From positions 1-64,000 of the forward strand of contig JAVECO010000070.1 in the NCBI GenBank assembly GCA_051942205.1: a DNA stretch of 64,000 nt, given 5' to 3'. A program made the position numbers and the translations under genes. Each line of letters begins with the position of its first letter. The stretch's first letter is position 1. Under the pieces are notes generated by a model. The model worked only from the letters and a program-made list of their open reading frames with translations, ran no database searches and was not told the DNA's origin. The DNA comes from Coniocarpon cinnabarinum (lineage: Eukaryota). Positions 24,409 to 35,885 of this stretch are shown piece by piece.

Positions 24409-25949
24409 TCATCCATCTGGTAAACTGCCGGGCATCTGAACAGCATTGTTCGTATGTCCTCGTTCCCCCTTCTCAGCAGCAGGTTGTTTTCTCATCCGCG
24501 GTAAGCGCATTTCCTCTCGCGCGGTCCCATTTACACCCACCTCGCTCATACTCGCGTCCCTCCCGAGGCTCCCCGCGTGCCCATCATCCCCCTTCCCATC
24601 CCGACCCTCCCTCGCTTTGCCCTTGCCATCCTGATCACTCGTCTCAGCCTCACCCGATGTTCCACCCCTCGTGTTTCGCCGCCTCGGCCAAAGACTGGGC
24701 AAAACGACCTGCTGAAATCGTGGGGCGACGCAGCGTTCATCAAACCAGGCATGTAAGCGTGCTTCGACGAGTTGTGCAATTTTGGGGACGTCTTGGAGGC
24801 GGGCGCGGCTGCCTAGGAGTGAATGGGTGGAGAGTTCGAGGCGGTAGGAGGGGCTGAAACTGAATGTCAAGGTTGTCGGTGGGGTTGTTCTTTTGTCTTC
24901 GTCGAGCGGATCAGGTGGATGAGTCGTATCCGCGTTGGGATGCGCAGGGCCGGGAGTTTGAGCGCGGGTTGTGTCACTGGCGTCCTGGGTGCCGTTGATG
25001 TCGGGCGTGGGCATACTCCTGGGATCGGGGGCTGAGGTCGCGGCTGTGGTGGTGGGTGTCGAGGGGGAAGTCGATGACGGTGAGGGAACGAACGAAATCG
25101 ACAATGTGCCGGAGAAGCGCACGACGCTCACGGCCAATGCCACTGGCATGACCGCCACGCGCGGTCGTGGATAATTCAGCACCAGTTTCGTTTCGATACC
25201 CAACGTCACGGCGTCGGAGAGGTCGACGTCCATCCTCGCTTGTAATCGTGTCCCATCTCCACGGCGATCCTCAGCCTCCCGTCCGTCTTTCCCATCCGCG
25301 GCCACCGGAATCACCCGCACGTTGCTGAAAATCGGAAACTCGTCTCCCAGTCCGACTTCCGTAACACGAATCTCATCCAACCAACTCGGCTTTCTCTCTC
25401 CATTCAGGGCCGCTGTCAAAGACGTGACAATTGCGTCATCTGCGGACGCATCCAAACGAACCTGCGCAATCGCCTGCGCGAAGAGAACATTAAACCAGTC
25501 AACACTCTCAGGCTGATGATTCAGGACATTATAGTATGTCTTTCCCAATATCTCCGCTGGCGTCAAGAGTGCCGTCGGGCGGAGGACCCCGCTTTTCGCG
25601 CGGGCATGATGGCGGCTTGAGGAATGTGCGGCGGGATGCGCAAAGGAGGTCGAGAGGGCGATGGGGTTATACGGCGAGGAGAAGGAGCGGGCGCGGCGAT
25701 GGTAAGGATTCGAATTGGAGGTCGTGGAGGGGGCCGGATCGCCGAAGATGAAAAATTTGATGAAGATGAAGAGGAGGGCGCTGAGTGTTATTTGGCCGAG
25801 GAGGAAGCCAGATGTGAAGGAGATACTACGGGAGAGGGGTTAGTTTAAGTGTCGTAGACTGGGGTGAGGGAGGGACTACGTTATGGATTCTGTGGCTAGT
25901 ATTAGCGGATGTTGGCGCGATGAGGTAGAGAGAGGAAAGCACCTGTCAT
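24409..25949 (-). CDS. MMM1: ERMES subunit Mmm1 (SMP domain)
   Basis: Micro-exons 25943-25949 and 25880-25889 give MTESIT-ISFTSGFLLGQ..FIKFFIFGD. Then HQPESVDWFNVLFAQAI, LGDEFPIFSN, SLLGSRARLQDVPKIAQLVE, LPSLWPR. Confidence 0.95.
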
Positions 25950-26194
25950 TGAGAGGGGAAGCGGCCTTTGAGGCCGTAACGTTGGTGCTAGCCCATGATA
26001 CGAGGTGAAGTACAATACAGTGCTCGAAGTATCACAGTGTTCGAACAAACCTTTGAATCACGTGATTTTTATCCACGTATTAGGCGCTCAAAGTTCTCTG
26101 CCTTTACAACTTTAATTGCGCGCCACCCCATCTTGAAGACCTGCAAGATCCTGTGAGACGCGACTGAGCGGTGCCATCATCAATTTTTGTTGGG

Positions 26195-27409
26195 ATGACT
26201 TCTGAAGGGGTAGAACGACAACGCTCACAGGGAGCTATGAGCGAGGCTGCAGACTTGAATAAGAGAATCCTCAGACGCCTCACAAGAGCATTGGATGCAG
26301 ATTCTGAAGCTAACATTCAGGATATCATCCCAAGTAATTATGCTGCTCGCCTGAATCGTGCAACAAAGTGCAAAAGCAAAGGCTCTCCTTCACCACCTTC
26401 TCAGTGCTCGGTAATTAAAGTGAATGGCGACTCCGTCGAAAGTCACACGGAGCAAAAGACTAATGACAACGCTTTCAATGTATTCCCTGCTCTGACAGAA
26501 CCCACAGCCGTCAAGCATGATTTATCTGACGCGACGAGAACTTTACTAGGAACAGATTTTGCAACAATGAGTTCGAGTGGACATGAACTCACTAGGGCGC
26601 TTGTTAAAGTTGTGTCAAGAAGTGAGACGATCTACCCCAGTGCGTCAGAGCAAGCTACGTACAAGAGGCGTATTCTCCGGTGCAGCGAAAATCTCATCAT
26701 GAAAATCTACCCGTCAAGTCACGACTTGACCGAGTACACCACTCTGCAATACCTCGAGCGCCACAAGCCAGACTTCCCAGCTCCGCGACCTCATGGAGTT
26801 CTCATGAGCGAAAAGTTGGCTTTCATATTCATTTCACTGGTACCAGGAACCACTGTTGCGAGCACCTGGTCAACATTGCAGCCGAGCGAGAAAGTGTCAA
26901 TTCGAGATCAGCTTGAAAACATGTTCCTCAGTTTGCGTCAAATGGAACTACCTCCAGGCATGCCGTTTGGTGGTGTGGCAGGTGAAGGGTGCAAGGACAC
27001 AAGGCTCCACACAAAGTTGAGTAGACGGCCAATCTACACCAATGCCGATTTCTGGGAGTTTCAGTACGCCGACGTCACGTGGTCTGGCCAAGCCTACATC
27101 AATTTTCTCCGCCAACTCACCAAGCCCTTGACAGCCAGTTGATGCGTCTTCACGCATGGCGACGTTCGTGGTGACAACATCCTGGTTCAGCGACAAGCGG
27201 AGGGCAATCTGAAGGTAACGGGCATCGTGGATTGGGAGATGAGTGGATTCTATCCTGAAGACTACGAATGCACCAAGATCACAAACAACCTCGCTACAAA
27301 CGATCAGGATGATTGGTATCAGTTTCTTCCGCCTTGTATATCACCGAATCGCTTCCCTCTCAAGTGGCTCTCAGACAAGCTCTACAATCCCTACATCATC
27401 CCAAGTTAG
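26195..27409 (+). pseudogene. Aminoglycoside/choline phosphotransferase (APH)-like kinase interrupted by one in-frame TGA
   Basis: EYTTLQYL..FPAPRPHG.., TGA at 27140-27142, then in the same frame CVFTHGDVRGDNILV..GIVDWEMSGFYPEDYE (Brenner motif) to TAG 27409. Confidence 0.8.
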
Positions 27410-27838
27410 CAACAATTGGCTCGTTGAGTCCGAGTTCATAAAGCATACCCCTGCCCCATAGTGGTTATTCTCGGCTTCCTCTCTTCCGCCTGCATACTCC
27501 TCGTCGTCGTCATCGATAATGAGCTCTTCGCGTAGGGAGTCGAGCAATTCCAAGACGAAATCCTGACAGTTTCAATGCACTGTATCGTTGTCCACTTCCG
27601 CTCCTTCAAACACCTTGTCAATTTCTGGAACATCGGAGCTTCGAATATCTCCGACCAGAATATTCTCTGTATGCGATCGACTCCGAGTTGGATCCGCATT
27701 TACGATGTTCTTTTCAAAATCAGGGTGCTGGCTAATGACCTGGAAAATGGTGAAGTCCCCTTTATGTTCTAAATAAAGAGCCTAATGCTTGTAATTTCCC
27801 TCAATCGCCCTGTACACCGCGATATAGAGTCTGGCCAT
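27371..27838 (-). pseudogene. Small His/Cys papain-like (DUF6540-like) gene, copy A, with two Trp-to-stop codons
   Basis: ATG 27838: MARLYIAVYRAIEGNYKH*ALYLEH..FQVISQHPDF..VDNDTVH*NCQDFVLELL..IDDDDEEY. TAG 27782-27784 and TGA 27572-27574 align to W in the intact paralog. No intron. Confidence 0.8.
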
Positions 27839-29066
27839 GCTGATGACACACAATGATGTTGAACCGGTCCCACTAGATCCTGGTGTTGCTAACGTATCAA
27901 TCGCTAAACCACTTGCCTCGCAATATCTGGATCATACGGAGCACTTGGAAAGCAATGCTTGCGTGCCCATTAAATTATGTTAAAGAGCACATAGACTCGA
28001 CAGACTTACAATTGTATTGCATCTAGCACCGATTGTTCGTGTGCAAGTCTCGCAGGGTATGCATGATTTTGCGACGGGCTTGCCTTTTGTACGCATGGCT
28101 GTGCTGGTTGCACGCTCCGTGGTCGTTGCCTCAGCCTCAGAAGAAATTACTACCTGGCATTGACGGCAGCTAATGGCTGGATGCCGATTGGCCGTCTCTG
28201 TGCTTACTACGCCGCATGCGTGCATAAATTCTTGTCAACCTCGTATGGACTCAGAACGCCCCAGTAAATGTCCATACCGAGGCAACGAATGAATGGGTGC
28301 CTGCTGCCGCTGTGCACAAACGTAAATTGCAGCGCTAAATATTATTGAGTCTCGAACCTGAACGTATGGCGGATGCCATACGACATTTTCCAAGTATTTT
28401 GCCAGAGTGGCGTCTAAATCGTCAAGCATCAGGACCTTTATCATAAATACGCTCGACTTACCTGTTCTTAGTAGAAGTTGGCACAGCCGAATTTAACAAG
28501 CCGTCCTTGTCAGGGGATAAAATGCGCTTCTTTGGGAGTGAGGTACCAAAAGCGAGTCTTCTGCTCACGGCGAAGCAAAGGCTACCCATTTTGCAAGTCA
28601 AAAATTCTCAATTGTTTAATTATTGGCTTGTAAGACTTCCGCAGATGAGGTATTGAAAGATCTCAAAGATTCTGATGACCCGCCAGATCTAGACTTTTGT
28701 GATACTCGCGGTCGTCGCGGCCTTTCGAAGGTATGTGAGCCGGAATTGACGCCAGTATCGATGTTGCCTTCGCTCTACACTAGTACGTTGTCGCGAAAGC
28801 GGCGCATAGCTTACCTACTGCTTAGCAGTGGAGATATATACCTATATGCTGTTTTGAAGGGAGTCTGGGTGCCGCCTCTCTCATTGAAATGTCGGTGACT
28901 TGTCAACACATGCTGTACTGTTTTCGAGGTAGTTGAATTTTGGCCATACCATGTGAAAATAGAACGTGCAAGTTCGCCACAGTGATGACCATCCACCCGT
29001 CCACCGCGGACTTGCATCTGGCTCTGGCATTGTTCTACCTAGGGAGCCATTGCGTCTTTCATGCGG

Positions 29067-29863
29067 CTACATTGGCCCAAAGTGCTTGTCTAGAGCCTCT
29101 TGCCGACCTGTCTCGTACTCCTCGTCATCCTCGTCGACGATCTCGACATCCCTCAACACGGCCAACATCTCAAGCACGAAGTCCTGGCAGTTCCACTCAG
29201 TGGTCTCGTTGTCCACATTTGCATCGTCGAAGGCTTGTTTGACGGAAGAAGCGTCTGACTTGCGGATGCACGCCACGAATATGCTTTCCAGATGTCTGTA
29301 ATAGTTGTCAGTATGCTACTGATAGACATGAAACAAAAAACACAAAGTATCATTCGTCGACGGCCTTTTTAACGGCTCTGGCTACTAACCAGAAGCGCGC
29401 GGCGATGATCTGGACCGCACTAGCTTCTTCTAATCATCACAGGGACACAACTGAAGAGCGCGATTTTGCAGTCAACGTGCTGTGGATCTTGTCATACTGA
29501 TGAGCGAAGGGATTCAAGGAGACTCGTTGGGCCGATCAGTATAAACCTGAGTATGATTGACAACGCAAATTAAGCATATCTACAACGTCGCGTTTTCAAA
29601 ATGAGCCTACAGCCGAGAATAACGAGATCCTGTCACGTGTGGCTTGGTACGCCAGATAGAAACAAGCCTAGAAATCAAACGAAATTCTCGGAAACCTACC
29701 TCTCATCATTCGAGGGATCTCCCTGGTGAGTATTCTTGACAAACTCGGGATGCTGTCCCTCCACCTCAAACGTCGTGAACTCGCCGTCGTGTTCCATGCA
29801 AAGGCCCCAATGCTCGAAGTTGCCGTAATGAGGTCGATAGATTGCGATGTAGAGGTTCGCCAT
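29067..29863 (-). CDS. Small His/Cys papain-like (DUF6540-like) protein, copy B, intact, with one 404-nt intron
   Basis: Exon 1 MANLYIAIYRPHYGNFEHWGLCMEH..QHPEF..NDER. Intron 29296-29699 (GTAGGT..TACTGAC..TACAG). Exon 2 HLESIFVACI..VDNETTEWNCQDFVLEML..HFGPM*. Confidence 0.8.
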
Positions 29864-30272
29864 GTCTTTAAAGTGTCCTAATGTTTGGTCGCGTTGGAAA
29901 GTCCAGTGAGAGTGAGTAAATGCTTGGGTGCAGTCTTGCACACGCCTGACCTACATCTTTTACTTGTGATTGAGACAGGCATGGAATGTTTACATTAGTC
30001 CCAATCTAGAAATGAAGAGCGCGATTCTGCCTACGCTAGCGGCCGGTGCCTGACGGGACAATAGTTATCGGGGCGGAAACAGTCTGAGAGTGGGTGCTCA
30101 TGTCTTCATTGTCATCAGCAACGATGCATCAAGGTATGCTTTGACAGGCAGAGCTCATCCCACTGAACTCAGGCGCGCCCTGTCACTTCATGACCCCTCA
30201 ATGCTGCTCAACCTAGATCAACTCCATTTCCACTACAGTCTGGAATCAACTCATACTGTCAACCACGGGTCT

Positions 30273-30914
30273 CTACTGATGAATCGCCTCGTCCCCATCT
30301 GTTTCGTCTTCCTGCTTTATGGCCGATTCCTTTGCCTCTGTGGTTTTCTTGGCACTCTTCTTGACGCTCGCCTCACCTTCTGCATCATCCTGTCCATACA
30401 CTTTTCTCTTTTTCCCTTTTCCCACGCTTGAACTTCCACCCACATTTCCAGATCCATTCGTTTTCTTAGGCGTTGCTGGCGCGCTACCCTCTCCATTCTC
30501 GTTCTCGACAGTCCCCATGGTCGCTGCGACTTTGCGTCTTAGATTCATAAGACGGACACGCCTATTCATATCAGTTTAAGCTCTGCTATCTCGCAACTCG
30601 ATGACATGAGAAGCGTAAGTATAGAATGGGAGTGACTAACGCAGTGCTGCTGTTCAAGTCCAGCTCCTTCGTGACTTTGGCCATGTTGGGCTACTTCCAG
30701 CGTCAGCCTCAGTCAGAAACATAAAAGCAATGATCCTCCGAAAAGAGAGGAACGGACAAGATGGATGAGTGGGTCAGAGCAGGATCAGGTCACATACTTT
30801 AAATTCTGTGTGTTTGATGCAACAATAGACAAATTTCATCATATCTTTGGAGAGCGCGAAGTCGGCGTCGGACTCATTTTTAGACTCAGTTTTATGCGCG
30901 GTTGAGTTCGCCAT
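30273..30914 (-). CDS. Small fungal Myb-like DNA-binding-domain protein with basic tail
   Basis: Spliced MANST..MMKFVYCCIKHTEFK^PNMAKVTKELDLNSSTA^..RLMNLRRKV, followed by ATPKK..GKKRK low-complexity tail. Confidence 0.6.
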
Positions 30915-31409
30915 GATATTGAAAATGCGGTAGAAACGACGTGGGTGAATTTGAGTTCAGAGAGTGGATGACCTAAATCAGTGTGTGGAAGAGTGCGGCT
31001 TAGAGATGAGAGTGACTGTTTTGGAAGTTGGATGAGGAAAAGCGAGAGTTAAGAGGTGGACGGCATGAGCTGCAGCAATTTTGGTTAGTGTCGTCATTTA
31101 TCAAGGTGAAATCTCTATCGTAAACAAACTCCATGCACATTGCTAGGCTTCCTGCTATCAGGCTCAGGTGACACACGAGCGAGCTACCGGGCCATAAATT
31201 GTCTTTGGTGTCTGCATGCATGCATCAGTCAACTTTGAAACGCGAATAAGCAGCCGGACCTCCACTATGTCTCCACATAAGGTATTCAAATGCTCGTGAT
31301 GGAAATTGACACCTGAGTTCCTGGCGTGGTATTGTTCCACGCTTGACTGCTGCCATGATACCGTTACAATGCCGACAACACCTGTTCGCCCACGCTTAAA
31401 TGCTATCCA

Positions 31410-32961
31410 TCAGTTATCAAAACTATACCTCATCCATTCCCCCACAGCCCTTAGACCCTCCCACCTAATGCTCTCATCGGGGTTTGTCATCAGCTCCATG
31501 ACTCTAGTCTTCAGACCGATTTTCTCGAGCGCCGACTTCTTGTCCGGACATTCTTTCACGAGCATGGCCACGTCGTTGCATCCAATCGCCAAGACTTGTC
31601 GGTCGCTCTCCCACGTCTTGCTCATGATGTCCGCCAACTGTTTGGGCAGCTCGCCTTTGTTCTCCTCGACGATACGTCTGGCATTCTCCTTCCAGAATTG
31701 TTGACTGCGGTGTGGTGGACTCCAGCGAAGGTGACCAGAGCGAACTTCCGAGGCGTATTCGTCGAAGGTGGTTTGGGACTTAGTATAATCTTCAAGCATA
31801 GTTTGCAAGGTGCGAAGATCATCGAGAAGGTCTTGGTCAGTAAGATGGCGGCCTTTAAGGTTAGTGAGCAGAGCGGGCAGGCGTGCTTGCGTAGCGGCAG
31901 GTAGGAGTTCGGTAGGGTTGGTTGAAATCAGATTATGGAGTGTCGCGAGCAGAAGACGTGTGATCTTCTCTTTCGGGGAAACCCGGAGGAGTTGCGCGTA
32001 CAATGGAATAATGTCGTGGTCACTGTGCCAGGGTCAGTCTCCCAAAGGTCTCAAAAATATGACAGAAGAGCATACACATCAAGTCCCTTTCCCACCATTT
32101 CGCCTTCATAGCTGATCTGCCACAGCACAAGAAGGACGTGATAGAGAAGCTGTATGCTAACGCCGCCCGACAAACCTGTCTCGGTTGCCATAGAACGGAT
32201 ACTGGTACCGCCATTCATGAGTGTTGACGACTCGGCATCGCCGCGGCCACCGCCAGCAGCAGCCCGCAGAATATCAATGAGTGGATCAAGCGTGTTTCGC
32301 CGTTGATCCCAAAAGAGTTGCCTCGATTTCTTTGTGCGCAACACCGCCGAGTACTCTTGCACCGCAATGTCTTGCAGACCGGAGTCGGAGCTCTTGGCAA
32401 GCGTGGAGAGGTACGAGTTAAGTTTTGGCAAAGCTTCCTCAAGATAGGGAGGGGTTTTCGTGGAAGATTTGAGAGCGTTCTCGATGATCTTTGAGAGAAC
32501 TTCGGAGGTAAGTAGCGGGATCGGATCTTCTGGGTTCGTGGATTGTGAGAGGAAGGGCAAGAAGGGCTTGTGGGGTTGTGCATGGTGGCTGAGGGCGTCT
32601 GCGAATGGGGGATTGTCTGCAGCTACTCAGTAACGTCTTTCATTTGTATCGATACTGTCTTCGTACCCTGTATGAGGTCTGTGATGAGAACGAGGAGATA
32701 CTGGATGATGTCCTGACGTTTGGCGGCGGCTTGGAATATGCTCTGGTTCTGCCCGTCACCAAGAAAGAGCGTCGTGTAACCAGCCAGATCTGACTCCAAA
32801 GTCTGCTTCCTTTGCTCTTTGCGAACCTTGTCAATCGACTTTATGCGCTTGAGATCGGCATCAGTGATAGTGCGAGCGCGGACAGCTCCATCCCACGAGA
32901 TCGGCCGGGCCCTGATGTTGTTTTGCAAGGATTGAATATATTGCGGAGGATCTAAAGACAT
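31410..32961 (-). CDS. VMA13: V-ATPase V1 subunit H
   Basis: MSLDPPQYIQSLQNNIRARPISWDGAVRA, IQLLYHVLLVLWQIS, KEKITR, TTFDEYASEVRSGHLRWSPPH..FWKENA, VLAIGCNDV. Two introns. Confidence 0.96.
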
Positions 32962-33512
32962 TACGAAGGATGTGCTGCTACTGAGGCATACAAAACGCCG
33001 AATATCCTTTCAAATGCCAGCGAGTTTGGGAGAATCCAGACTTGAGATCACGGTATCGTAAAGCTGTCCACATGCAGCAAGGCCAACCGCGTCAAGATAC
33101 GGAATCTGCCGTGCCTTGGTATATACAGGGTCAATAGTACCCTAATACGAGATCTTTCCAATCTCCAAAGAACTGCTCGATGACTTCTAGCAGCCCTCAA
33201 GACCGGGCGGATGATCGTCTGAATAACTTGTCCAGATACATACCCATTCTATGTCAGCTCAAGCAGAAAGTAAAGGATCGTTCCGGCACTATCATTAGAT
33301 TTCGAGGATTCTAAAGAAAGCCTATTTCTTATTTCTCACATTCGGCCTCCATACAAAAATCTGGGGCATCTGAATGATTGGATTCGTCTCCCAGTTTGAA
33401 GCTCCGTGTTTCTTAGATTGGCTTGTTGTATTCATTAATCTCATGCATTCAGCGCTGGTCGAGGTCAACGATTCTACTTGTCGATAGAAATGTAAGAGGC
33501 CATGCTCTCCAG

Positions 33513-34640
33513 TCACTCCACGACTTTCAGATGCTGCTTCATCTCCCCTCGCATATCCTCCAAGTCCTCTTTCTTCACATCGGCAAACGCAATCTCGCTA
33601 TCTCCTTGCCCAGCTCCAAACAATGCTCCTTCTGTTAGACTCTCTTGCACAGCTCTCTTGACTCGCTGCTCCCATACTCCCTCCCAATTCCATTCACTCG
33701 GCCTCTTAGACCGCCCGGGCGTATCGTTTTGTGCTCTGTTGACTCCTCGAGAATTCGCACGGTGATGACCGGGTTTGGAAGGGGTCCGTGCGTGCCCCCT
33801 AGGCGTGCTGGCCTCTACGGCTTCCTGGCGTTGTTTTTCCAGCTGCTTCTGCCTGTAGGCACGCCATGCGTACCAGGCTCCTGGGTTGGCAGCTGCTTCA
33901 AAAGGAATACTGTCGAGGATTGGTGCTGACTCAAAAGATTGCCGCATGTATCTCAGGAGATCTACCACGTGGACCATCGGCCGTGTCCTTGCGATGTTTT
34001 GTCGAGGATCGGTACCGTTTGTGGGGGGCTGTGCTGCCTGTGGGGTTCGTGAACTGACTGCATCCTGCTCTGTGACTTTTGGTGCGTCATTGGGGCTCGG
34101 ATTGATTTGATCGTCCCTCTCGTACCATTGCGGAAAGCCATGACGGAGGCTGAAGGCACCAGGGGGAAGCCGTTCAGGTAATCCTGTGCCGTCCGAATCA
34201 CTGTCAGTCGCCGCAGAGGAGAAGCTCGCCTTTGTCAGTGGTGTCAAGAGTGGATGAAATACATCCGAGTGGAATGTAACAAGCGGTGGTGAGAAAGGGT
34301 ATCCAGCTGGGAAGGAGATGTCAAAACGGAGCACCGCTGGATTGTATGGACCTTGCACACGTTTAGCATTCAATGCTCTGATCCTGTTATACTTGTTCGC
34401 TAGATAGGTGACATTTAGATTGCAACGGAAATTGCTACCCACCTTTCCGCACAAAAAGTACGCCATTCCACAGAGTTGGGTCGCCTTGTGTCAATGAGAC
34501 ATAGATGCCTTGCAGCTGTACGTGCTTCAACGCGGTGCTGTCGAGTTCAATTAATGCTGACGTCTGTGTGACTGGCAAGCTTACAACTCAATCAAGAGGT
34601 GCTGCTGGCGGTATGACTTTAAATCAAATGGTGATGGCAT
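33513..34640 (-). CDS. UBC-like E2 variant (AKTIP/FTS-like, no obvious catalytic Cys)
   Basis: Spliced MPSPFDLKSYRQQHLLIE..GIYVSLTQGDPTLWNGVLFVRK^GPYNPAVLRFDISFP..YPFSPPLVTF..FHPLL, then AANPGAWYAWR. Confidence 0.75.
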
Positions 34641-35318
34641 GACTTCAATGAAGCTCCATGGATGCCCCTAACGCGTATAGGTCCTGAGAATCCACGACGA
34701 GGTCACCACGCTTTATTCTTATTCACTAGCATGTACTTCCTTTTCTCAATATGATGATTATGTAGATTGCACGAAGTGTCTATTCAGCAACTCTGATGTA
34801 TCGTTAGGGAAATGTCAGTCACCGAGTGCTGGACTTCGAGTAGTGATAATGTGCCAAGAACATACATGACTCGCGGCAGCCGAAGCATTTGGCCTACTCA
34901 GTAACGTCGATCATGTATCTACGCTTCTCTATACAGGATCGCACTCGTGATTCGTACTAGCGATACATACGGCGATGTTTGAGCAATACGCAGTCATCTT
35001 GATGCAGGGTTCGGTTCATCCACGCGCGCGAGGCAGATGTTGTAAGCTCGGACTATTGCATTGCCTCGACGAAAACGAGGCATCCCTGACCATCTGAAGC
35101 TGAATGATACTTAGGCCTAGAACCTGGAGTGGTTGTTGACCGTCTCAGGTGTTCTTTTAAGGTGTATTTAGCCGTATCATCTTGAACTTTGCTCAAGCTA
35201 GATGGAGCTCAAAAGAACCTGCGGAGCAGGAGTGAGTGTATAGGCGACTCTCGGGGGCTGAGATGCCTGCAGTACATCGAAGAACTCGAGCGGGAAGCGC
35301 GGCAGATCATTAAGCATC

Positions 35319-35885
35319 CTAGTCACTGCGATCACCAGGTCCAATGCGCCAGTCCACGAGGTGATCTCCACTATCATTCCCATGAAGGCTGTGGTCGCGA
35401 TCCCTATCACCCCCGCCAAGCTCACCGCTCTCATTCTCCTGATCCACCACAAGCAAGAACAATTTTTTCGTCACAACCGGGGGCTGCTTCCCGTCAGTGA
35501 AGTGAACGCTACATGCCTGAGCTTCAAATGCGCCTCCGTCGTGGAAAATTGCTAAGCAGTGCTGCTGCTCTCTGGTCGAAAACACAGCTCCATATTCCCT
35601 GACGTCTTCGTTGCCACATGCCACAGCCTTCTCTCCTTCAAACATACGGAGGCGGTGTCCATAGGTTCTTACTAGACGAAGAGCGGGTGCTTCGTCAACT
35701 CCGAGAGCGCGGGCCAAGAAACATGGATCGGCAAGCTTGCCATAGAAGAAGTAGAACCCGGCTGGGAGGCGTGATGGTCCATGGAGTGAGTCCTTGAAAT
35801 CTATACGCATATCATAGAATTCATCACCTACGCCAGAGTCAGCACTGACGGTATAGAATACTCGAAGCAGCAAAATCGCAGTCAT
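35319..35885 (-). CDS. Gamma-glutamylcyclotransferase/AIG2-like protein, degenerate
   Basis: YFFYGKLADP..LGVDEAPALR..GAVF..C.VHFTDGKQP resembles fungal AIG2-like proteins (YFFYGTLMDP). YGT is changed to YGK and the YE catalytic position reads FH. Confidence 0.55.
   Translation of the reverse strand: MTAILLLRVFYTVSADSGVGDEFYDMRIDFKDSLHGPSRLPAGFYFFYGKLADPCFLARALGVDEAPALRLVRTYGHRLRMFEGEKAVACGNEDVREYGAVFSTREQQHCLAIFHDGGAFEAQACSVHFTDGKQPPVVTKKLFLLVVDQENESGELGGGDRDRDHSLHGNDSGDHLVDWRIGPGDRSD

Noticed and set aside
29390..29560. Plus-strand C/D snoRNA-like boxes (GCGATGA..CTGA and CTGATGA..CTGA) inside the long intron
   Set aside because: They are antisense to the host intron, the K-turn spacing is poor, and I could not identify a convincing rRNA guide of 10 nt or more. 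The intron's general self-complementarity explains them.
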